Notes under the pieces: model-generated
What the model saw: the letters and a program-made list of their open reading frames with translations, nothing else
Database searches by the model: none
Told to the model about the DNA's origin: nothing
Program-made: the position numbers and the translations under genes
Shown here: piece after piece, positions 1 to 6,860 of the stretch
Numbering within the stretch: the stretch's first letter is position 1
Layout: every line of letters begins with the position of its first letter
From: Candidatus Sysuimicrobiota bacterium
GTDB taxonomy: Bacteria > Sysuimicrobiota > Sysuimicrobiia > Sysuimicrobiales > Sysuimicrobiaceae
Direction of reading: 5' to 3'
DNA: 23,641 bases
Assembly (NCBI GenBank): GCA_040289515.1
Contig: PSLI01000027.1
Span: forward strand, 6,795 to 30,435

Positions 1-82
1 GCAGCCGCCGCTGAGAACTCGGTGCTGACCTGGGCGATGGCACCCGCAGGCGGAATGCGTGTACACTAGACTTCAGGGTCAT
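1..82 (-). CDS. Possible 5' end of a minus-strand gene running off the window edge (MTLKSSVHAFRLRVP...)
   Basis: ATG at 82-80 on the minus strand with purine-rich GGAAAGGA just upstream and no stop before the edge. Only 27 codons are visible, so no family can be recognised. Confidence 0.25.
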   Translation of the reverse strand, partial: MTLKSSVHAFRLRVPSPRSAPSSQRRL

Positions 83-143
83 AGGCGGTCCTTTCCGTCT
101 CCCCTACCGGGGTTGGTTTCTTGTTTTGACGGGATCGTTCACT

Positions 144-1028
144 CTAGCGGGCGGACTGCGCAAGGATGGCCCCCGCCAGCACCAGGCAGGCGCCCACTAG
201 CTGCAGGGGCTCCAACGTCTCCCGGAACACCACGTAGCCCAGCGCGCCGGCCACCGCTGGTTCTACGGTGGCCACGATGCTGGCGCGGCTCGCCTGCACC
301 GTGCGGAGGCCCGCCACGTACAGCCACTGCGCCAGCCACGTGGTCACCAGCCCCAAGTACGCCAGCGGGCCTGCCGCGGGCGCCACGGCGGCGGGCAGGA
401 ACTTCCCCGGAGGGACGCCCGCAGCCAGCCCCAGCGCCAGCAGGAAGGCGGTCCCCCACCCCAAGGCGTACGTAAGGACCACCAGGGGCGGGTGGCGGCG
501 CAGGGCGAACTTGCCGAAGATGCTGTACAGGCCGTACGTGAGGCCCGAGGCCAGCCCGGCCAACACGCCGGGCAGGTCCGCCCGAAGCAGGGACGGTTCG
601 TAAGCGCGCACCACCAGCACGCATCCCGCGACCGCCAGGCCCAGGCTGAGCAGCTTGGTCGAAGAGAGCTTTTCCCCTAACAGGACCGCGCTCAGACCCG
701 TCACCCACGCGGGGGCGGTGTACAGGAGCACCGCGGCGGTGGCCACGGTGGTGCGCTGGATGGCGGTGAAGTACGCGAGGAAGAACAGGGCAATGCTGAC
801 GAAGCCGTATCCCGCGAACAGCCACAGGTCGGCGCGGGGCACCCGCAGCCGGGGCCGCTCGGACAGGCAGCTGGCCAGCAGCGCAGCCGCGAAGGCGAGC
901 CCAGCGCGCCACACGGACGCCTCGAACACCCCGACGCCCGCGGCGGTGACCCAGCGCACCGCGACCCCAAGGCTGCCCCACAGCACCGCGGCTGCGAGGA
1001 CCAGGGCGTAGCCGGAGGAGGGCCGCAC
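144..1028 (-). CDS. EamA/DMT family transporter (about 294 aa, about 10 TM helices)
   Basis: Two EamA repeats: 'LAAAVLWG', 'AYFTAIQRTTVATAAVLLYTAP', 'LLGEKL', 'ASRASIVATVEP', 'VFRETL'. Start placed at GTG 1028 (uncertain). The ORF-track extension to 1292 overlaps pfpI and is not credible. Confidence 0.9.
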   Translation of the reverse strand: MRPSSGYALVLAAAVLWGSLGVAVRWVTAAGVGVFEASVWRAGLAFAAALLASCLSERPRLRVPRADLWLFAGYGFVSIALFFLAYFTAIQRTTVATAAVLLYTAPAWVTGLSAVLLGEKLSSTKLLSLGLAVAGCVLVVRAYEPSLLRADLPGVLAGLASGLTYGLYSIFGKFALRRHPPLVVLTYALGWGTAFLLALGLAAGVPPGKFLPAAVAPAAGPLAYLGLVTTWLAQWLYVAGLRTVQASRASIVATVEPAVAGALGYVVFRETLEPLQLVGACLVLAGAILAQSAR

Positions 1029-1067
1029 GCCTGTGCGGTTCGGCCCGCGGACGGCGGATTCCTGGCG

Positions 1068-1073
1068 TATACT
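1068..1073 (+). promoter_or_regulatory. Candidate -10 element (TATACT) for the pfpI operon
   Basis: Near-consensus AT-rich hexamer in the short divergent intergenic gap, upstream of the RBS GGAGGGAGGTGA. No convincing -35. Confidence 0.4.
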
Positions 1074-1102
1074 GGGGTCGAGTTCTGGAGGGAGGTGACG
1101 CC

Positions 1103-1636
1103 GTGGACCTGCGCGGGGTGCGCGTGGCAGTGCTGGCGGAGGACCTGTACGAGGATCTGGAGCTGTGGTACCCCTTGCTGCGCCTGCGGGAGGCGGGCGC
1201 GGAGGTGCGCGTGGTGGGCCCCAGGGCCGGTGAGGTGTACAAGAGCAAGAACGGTTACCCCGTGAAGGCAGACGTGGGCATGGAGGAGGCACGGCCTGAG
1301 GAGTTCCACGCGGTAGTGATCCCCGGAGGTTACGCGCCCGATCGCATGCGCCGCCACGCGGCCATCGTGGAGTTCGTGCGAGCCCTGCACGAGGCGCGCA
1401 AGCCCGTGGCCTTCATCTGCCACGCGGGCTGGGTGCCGGCCTCCGCGGGCATCGTGCGCGGCCGCACGGTGACCAGCTTCCCCTCCATTCGCGACGACCT
1501 GGTGAACGCGGGCGCCCGGTGGGTGGATCAGGAGGTGGTGGTGGACGGCAACCTGGTCTCCTCCCGCATGCCCGCGGACCTGCCCGCCTTCTGCCGGGCC
1601 CTGGTGGACCTGCTGGCCCGGGTGAGGGTGGCGTGA
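1103..1636 (+). CDS. pfpI: PfpI/DJ-1 family type 1 glutamine amidotransferase-like protein (deglycase/glyoxalase III/protease)
   Basis: 'YEDLELWYP', 'VIPGGYAPD', nucleophile elbow 'FICHAG', 'VVVDGNLVSSR.PADLPAF'; strong RBS; 177 aa. Confidence 0.92.
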   Translation: MDLRGVRVAVLAEDLYEDLELWYPLLRLREAGAEVRVVGPRAGEVYKSKNGYPVKADVGMEEARPEEFHAVVIPGGYAPDRMRRHAAIVEFVRALHEARKPVAFICHAGWVPASAGIVRGRTVTSFPSIRDDLVNAGARWVDQEVVVDGNLVSSRMPADLPAFCRALVDLLARVRVA

Positions 1637-1953
1637 GCCGGCCCGTCCCGCTCGCGGAGGCCGCGCGGCGGCTGCAGGAGGCCGCCCGGGAGGCAGGCTT
1701 GGTGCTGGACCCGCGCACCGTGACCTTCCGGCCCGGGTCCTTCCCGTGCTACGAGTACGTCCTGCGGCTGCAGCAGGCGCACGCCCTGTTGAACATGCCC
1801 GCTGCGTGGGTGGAGGAGGAGGGGTGGCGGGAACGGCTCCGGGAGCCCATGACGCGCTCGCGACGGTACCTGGAGCAGTTCGTCCCCGTCCAGGAACGGG
1901 TGGACCTGGCCGCGCGGGGAGTCCCCCGGTTCCAGCAGGTGCGGAAGCCGTGA
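1633..1953 (+). CDS. Hypothetical protein (106 aa, MSRPVPLAEAARRLQEAAREAG...)
   Basis: GTGA start/stop overlap with pfpI and GTGA overlap with the next gene. GC3-rich codons fill the gap exactly. No family recognised. Confidence 0.8.
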   Translation: MSRPVPLAEAARRLQEAAREAGLVLDPRTVTFRPGSFPCYEYVLRLQQAHALLNMPAAWVEEEGWRERLREPMTRSRRYLEQFVPVQERVDLAARGVPRFQQVRKP

Positions 1954-2603
1954 GCGCTGTACCGGTGCTGGAGCAGATCCCCACAGGCCCGATTGGCACC
2001 AACTGCTACGTGTACGGGGACGCGGAGGCCGGCCGGGGTTGGGTCATCGACCCGGGGGAGGATCCCGCCGTCATCGCGGAGGTGCTGCAGCACCACGGGC
2101 TCGCGGTGGAGGCCCTGGTGATCACTCACGCCCACTGGGACCACGTGGGCGCGGTCCGGGCCCTTCGGGAACTCACGGGGGCGCCGTTTTTGGTACCGGA
2201 GGGGGAGGTGGAGGACCTGCGGGCGGCGGCCACCCGCGCGCAGCTCATGGGGGTGTACATCGACCCGCCGCCGGACCCCGATGGTCTGTTGCGGGACGGG
2301 GACTCGCTGCAGGCAGGTGCCTTGCAACTGCGGGTGCTGCACGCCCCGGGTCACACGCCCGGTCACGTCATTCTGGTGGGGGAGGGGCTGGCCTTCGTGG
2401 GCGATGTGGTGTTCGCGGGCAGCGTGGGCCGCACGGACCTCCCCGGCGGCGACTGGCAAACCCTCGCGCAGACCCTGCGGACCAAAATCCTTGCCCTGCC
2501 CGACGACACGGTCCTGTACCCGGGGCACGGACCTTCCACCACCGTGGGCCGCGAGCGAACGAGCAACCCATTCCTGGTGGGGCTGGTGGAAACCGCCGGG
2601 TGA
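1950..2603 (+). CDS. MBL-fold metallo-hydrolase, glyoxalase II-like (YcbL/GloC type)
   Basis: 'TNCY', 'IDPG', metal motif 'THAHWDH', 'PGHTPGH', 'GDVVFAGSVGRTDLPGGD', 'PGHGPSTTVGRER..NPF'; GTG start overlaps the upstream TGA. Confidence 0.92.
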   Translation: MSAVPVLEQIPTGPIGTNCYVYGDAEAGRGWVIDPGEDPAVIAEVLQHHGLAVEALVITHAHWDHVGAVRALRELTGAPFLVPEGEVEDLRAAATRAQLMGVYIDPPPDPDGLLRDGDSLQAGALQLRVLHAPGHTPGHVILVGEGLAFVGDVVFAGSVGRTDLPGGDWQTLAQTLRTKILALPDDTVLYPGHGPSTTVGRERTSNPFLVGLVETAG

Positions 2604-3301
2604 AGCTGCCCCTTGTGTTCGTGCACGGCGCCGCCGCCACCGGCCAGGTGTGGCAGAGCCAGCTCGTGGACTTCCCGGGCAGCACCGCTCCCGACCTGCC
2701 CGGGCATCCCCACGGGCACCCCCTGGCGCACCTGGAGGCGTACGCGCAGTGGCTGGTGGACCACGTGCGCAGCGACGCGCTGGACGGCGCGGTGCTCGTG
2801 GGCCACTCCATGGGAGGGGCGGTAGCGCTGCTGGCAGCTTTGCTGGAGCCCTTGCGGTTCTCCGGTCTGGTCCTGGTGGGCACGGGCCCGCGGCTGCGGG
2901 TGAACCCCAGGTTTCTGCAGGGACTCGTGGACTCCCCGCAAAAGACCCTGGACCGGTTCGTGGAGCTGTGCTTCGGGCCCCTCGCACCCGAACGGGCGAA
3001 AGCCAAGGTGCGGGAAGCCGCGCGGCAGCTGGGCCCGGAGGTGCTCCGGCAGGACCTGGTGGCCTGTAACGCCTTCGAGGCGGGTGGGCGGCTGCGGGAG
3101 GTGAAGCTGCCAACCCTCGTGCTGTGCGGCGAGCAGGACATCATGACCCCTCCGGCGCTGTCCGCGGAACTGCACGCCGGAATCACAGGCTCGACTTTGG
3201 TCGTTCTTCCGCAGGCGGGCCACATGGTGTTCCTGGAACGGCGGCGGCTGTTCCGGGACAGCCTTTTGACGTTCCTGGCCCGCCTGGACGGACGGGGGTG
3301 A
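2600..3301 (+). CDS. Alpha/beta fold hydrolase
   Basis: 'VFVHGA', 'DLPGH', nucleophile 'GHSMGG', acid 'GEQD', His 'AGHM'; GTGA overlap at 2600-2603. Confidence 0.9.
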   Translation: MKLPLVFVHGAAATGQVWQSQLVDFPGSTAPDLPGHPHGHPLAHLEAYAQWLVDHVRSDALDGAVLVGHSMGGAVALLAALLEPLRFSGLVLVGTGPRLRVNPRFLQGLVDSPQKTLDRFVELCFGPLAPERAKAKVREAARQLGPEVLRQDLVACNAFEAGGRLREVKLPTLVLCGEQDIMTPPALSAELHAGITGSTLVVLPQAGHMVFLERRRLFRDSLLTFLARLDGRG

Positions 3302-3305
3302 GCAC

Positions 3306-4148
3306 GTGTTCCGCATGCCCGAGGGGGCGCAGCTGGTGCAGCTCCGACTGCGGGTGCGGGATCGGGCCAGGGCTCTGGAGTTCTACGGAGGCCTACTGGG
3401 CCTTCGCGTGCAAGAAGAGGAGGGCGCCGTGGTGCGCCTGGCTCCGGAAGGGCGGGCTTTTCAGCTGGAGCTGGAATGGGCGCCGCACGCACCGCCCAAC
3501 CCCACGGGATCGGTAGGGCTGTACCACTTCGCCCTGCTCCTGCCGGACCGCGCGGCCCTGGCCCAGGTGGTGCGCCGGCTGATGGACGCGGCCTGGCCCG
3601 TGGAGGGTGCCAGCGACCACGGGGTGTCCGAGGCGTTCTACCTGAGCGATCCGGAGGGCAACGGGCTGGAGCTGTACCGCGACCGGCCGCGGGAGCTGTG
3701 GCCGTGGCGGGATGGAGAGCTGCGCATGGTCACCAAGGCCCTGGACGTGGCCAGCGTCCTGCGCGAGGCGAGGACGTCCGCGGGTCTTCACCCCTCCACC
3801 CGTTTGGGGCACGTGCACCTTCATGTGGCCGACCTGCAGTCTGCGGAGGCCTTCTACGCGGGCCTGCTGGGCCTTGCGGTGACCCAGCGGAGCTATCCGG
3901 GAGCGCTGTTCTTTGCCGCGGGGGGATACCACCACCACGTGGGCACCAACGTGTGGGGCACGCGCCGCCGGGCACCGGAGGGCAGCACGGGGCTGGTACG
4001 ATACGCGTGGCAGGTTCCCTCCGGCACCGCACGGGCCCTCGCGCAGCAGCTGGCGTCCGTGGGGACGCCGCCCCACCAGGAGACGGGAGAGGTAAAGGTG
4101 GTGGATCCTGCGGGCGTGGAGGTGGTGGTGCGGGAAGCTGGCGGCTAG
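3306..4148 (+). CDS. Two-domain VOC family protein, CatE/YfiE-like catechol 2,3-dioxygenase
   Basis: 'GLYHFALLLP', 'GASDHGVSEAFYLSDPEGNGLELYRDRP', 'GHVHLHV', 'GGYHHHVG.N.W' match the B. subtilis CatE-type family. Start could be ATG 3315. Confidence 0.88.
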   Translation: MFRMPEGAQLVQLRLRVRDRARALEFYGGLLGLRVQEEEGAVVRLAPEGRAFQLELEWAPHAPPNPTGSVGLYHFALLLPDRAALAQVVRRLMDAAWPVEGASDHGVSEAFYLSDPEGNGLELYRDRPRELWPWRDGELRMVTKALDVASVLREARTSAGLHPSTRLGHVHLHVADLQSAEAFYAGLLGLAVTQRSYPGALFFAAGGYHHHVGTNVWGTRRRAPEGSTGLVRYAWQVPSGTARALAQQLASVGTPPHQETGEVKVVDPAGVEVVVREAGG

Positions 4149-6037
4149 GCCGTCGGGGCGGGCGGGTCCAACAGGGGTAGCTCCACCGTAAAGTACGCAC
4201 CGCCCTCGGGCCGGTTCCCTGCCCGCAATGTACCGCCGTGGTCTCGCACGATGCCGTACGAGATGGAAAGGCCCAGCCCCGTGCCCTCGCCCACGCGGCA
4301 GGTGTTCGGGAGGAACGCCCGGGCCGGTATCCGCGAACTGCACCAACGCCCGCTCGCCCACACGGGCTGTGGTCACCTCCAGGCGTCCTGAGCCTCCCAT
4401 AGCCTGCAGGGCGTTCTGCACGATGTTGGTGAACACCTGCTGCAGCTGCAGCGCGTTGGCCCGCACCCACAGGGGTTCCGGGTGCAGGTGGGAGGTCACG
4501 GTGACCTGCTGCAGGTCCCAGCGGGGGACCTTCAGGGTGGTGTGCACCACCTCGTTGAGGTCCACCACCTCCCGCTCCGCCGGCTGCGGGCGGGCGAAGG
4601 TGAGGAGTGTGGACGATCTGGCGGGCCCGATCCGCCTCCCGCACCACGGTGCCCGCGAAGGCACGGAGGTGATCTGGGAGCTCGGGGTCGGACTCCAGCA
4701 GCTGCCCGTAGCCTAGGACGGAGGTCAGGGGGTTGTTGAGCTCGTGCGCAACCCCGGCCACCAGCTGGCTCACCGCGGACAGCTTTTCCGCCTGCACCAG
4801 CTGGGCCTGGGCTTCTTGCAGCGCCCGGGTGCGCTCCGCTACCAGCCGTTCCAGGTCGGCCTGGTAAGCCCGCAGGCGCTCCCGCGACTCCCGCAGCTCC
4901 GCCACCATGCGGTTGAGCACCCGCGCCATCTCCGCGGGCTCGTCGCGCCGCGACCCCCACGTCCGCCCGCACGTCCAGGTGCCCGTCCCGCACCCGCTCC
5001 ATGGCCTCTCGGAGGGCTTCCAGGGAACCCGTCATGGATCGGGTGACGGCCAGCAGCACCACGAAGCCGCCCGGCAGGCCCACCACCGCGGCCGCGGCGA
5101 AGGTCTGCACGAAGGAACCCACCGAGCCGTTCACCAGCGTCACCTCCGCCAGGACGCGGTCCCGCTACACGTCCAGCAAGGGCCGCAGGGCTTCCAGGTG
5201 CGAGAGCACCTGTCGCGCGTCTTCCGCGACGGCCTGCAGGGCCGCGGGGCCCGGTTGCGCGGCCAGGTGAAGCTCGGCGCGGGAGGCGGCTTTTCGGAGG
5301 GCACCGGTGACGGCGGATGCCTCGGGGAAGTGCGCCAAGCGCTCCAGCAGGCGTGCGGGGTTGGCCGCGGGCGGCCCGGACAAGCCCAGCCGGTGCGCCA
5401 GCGCCGAGGAAAGGGCCTGGAAGAAGGCTGCTTCGAACTGCAGGGTGACATCTACCGCCTCCCTGAGCCGCAAAGCCCGCTGGCTGTTGCGGGCCAGATC
5501 CCGCAAGAATCCCGGTAGCCATGCCGCCCGCTGGGCCGCCTGCAACCGGCCGGCACCCGCCCTCGTGTGCTGTTCCAGGGGCTCCCGCACGGCCTCCAAC
5601 TGGTCCCGCAGATCGTCCTGGCAGGCCAGCACGGCAGCCAGCTGAGGGCGCGCCCCAGACCTGCTGGCCTGCAGGGCTCCCGCGGCGGGCTCGCACCTCG
5701 CGGCGAGCGCCTGGACCTGCTGCGACAGCCCGGCTCCCACAAGCTCCGGGGCCTGCACCCGCTGCGCCACCTGCGAGGCGAGAAGCCGGCTGGCCACACG
5801 GTGTTCCTCTGATCCCAGGGAAGGGTTTGCAGCCTGCAGCAGGAGGCCGAACAGCCACCGTTCCGACAGGGCCAAGGTGGCCAGGACCTGGGAGGCAGCC
5901 CGGTTGGCGCGGTCCAGCTGGTTCGCCAGCTGGGCGATCCACGCGCTCGCAAAGGCCGGGGCGGCCAGCAGGACGGCCAGGAGGACGCAAACAGCCAGGT
6001 AGCCCGCCAGGATCCTGCGGCCGATGCGCGAACGCAT
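4145..6037 (-). pseudogene. Disrupted membrane sensor histidine kinase (TM - extracytoplasmic helical domain - TM - HAMP - HisKA - HATPase), NtrB-like
   Basis: Collinear pieces across frames: N-terminal TM from ATG 6037; in-frame TAG at 5165-5167; HAMP frameshift near 4954-4958; H-box 'AHELNNPL'; frameshift near 4605-4612; N-box 'QQVFTNIVQNA' and G1 'DTGPG'; F-box missing with a frameshift near 4295; G2 'GTGLGLSIS'; stop at 4145-4147. Confidence 0.9.
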
Positions 6038-6092
6038 CTTACGGGTATCTTCGGGCAGGCTTGCAGGGGCTGGCAAGCCAAGGGAGGCGGCG

Positions 6093-6860
6093 GTGCGGTA
6101 CCTGGACCTTAACTGCGACCTGGGCGAGTCCTTCGGGGTGTGGCGGCTCGGGGAGGACGAGCGGGTGCTGGACTACGTCACCTCTGCCAACGTGGCCTGC
6201 GGCATGCACGCGGGCGACCCCGTGGTGATGCGCCGGACGGTGCGGTTGTGCCGGGAACGGGGCGTGGCGGTGGGGGCACACCCCAGCTACCCGGATCTGT
6301 GGGGCTTTGGGCGCCGGGCTCTGGCCATGACGCCGGAGGAGGTGTACGCCTTCGTGCTGGCGCAGGTGGGGGCCCTGGAGGCGGTGGCGCGCGCGGAGGG
6401 GGTGCGGCTACAGCACGTGAAGCCCCACGGGGCGCTGTACAACGTGGCCGCCCGGGAGGAGGCGGTGGCCGCGGCCATCGCGGAGGCGGTGCGCCGAGCC
6501 TGGCCGGAGGTCATCCTGGTGGTGCTGAGCGGGTCAGCCAGCGAGCGCGCGGCGCGCGGCGCGGGGTTGCGGGTGGCACGGGAGGCCTTCTGCGACCGCG
6601 CCTACCGCAGCGACGGCACCCTGGTGAGCCGGGACCAGCCGGGCGCGGTGCTGAGCGAGCCCTTCGAGGTGGCCTCCCGGGCGGTGCGGATCGCCTACGG
6701 GGAGCCCATCGACACCGCCGACGGCACGCCCCTGGTGGTGGAGGCAGAGACCCTGTGCATCCACGGGGACACCCCCGGGGCCGCGGAGCTGGCGGCGGCG
6801 GTGCGGGCCGCCCTGGAGGAGGCGCACGTGAAGGTGCAGGCGATGGGGGTGTGGCTGTAG
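6093..6860 (+). CDS. pxpA: 5-oxoprolinase subunit PxpA (LamB/YcsF family)
   Basis: 'DLNCDLGESFG', 'SANVACGMHAGDP', 'GAHPSYPD', 'HVKPHGALYN', 'DRAY..DG.LV.R', 'TLCIHGD'; RBS AGGGAGG before GTG 6093. Confidence 0.95.
   Translation: MRYLDLNCDLGESFGVWRLGEDERVLDYVTSANVACGMHAGDPVVMRRTVRLCRERGVAVGAHPSYPDLWGFGRRALAMTPEEVYAFVLAQVGALEAVARAEGVRLQHVKPHGALYNVAAREEAVAAAIAEAVRRAWPEVILVVLSGSASERAARGAGLRVAREAFCDRAYRSDGTLVSRDQPGAVLSEPFEVASRAVRIAYGEPIDTADGTPLVVEAETLCIHGDTPGAAELAAAVRAALEEAHVKVQAMGVWL

Noticed and set aside
1950..2603. MBL protein as a beta-lactamase or AHL lactonase, forming a resistance or quorum-quenching island with the acylase
   Set aside because: The motifs 'GSVGRTDLPGGD' and 'PGHG..TT...E...NPF' point to the common YcbL-like subfamily, and the genes are in different operons.
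4141..4150. Shared CTAG stop overlap of the convergent VOC and kinase genes
   Set aside because: A common arrangement for convergent genes in compact genomes.
5165..5167. In-frame TAG in the kinase as pyrrolysine or stop readthrough
   Set aside because: The same gene carries three further frame-breaking lesions, and TAG ends several intact genes in the window.
6140..6850. Apparent 237-aa N-terminal extension of the acylase (1011-aa ORF)
   Set aside because: Gly/Arg/Ala-rich alternate frame of pxpA; the signal/TM segment begins at about 6851.
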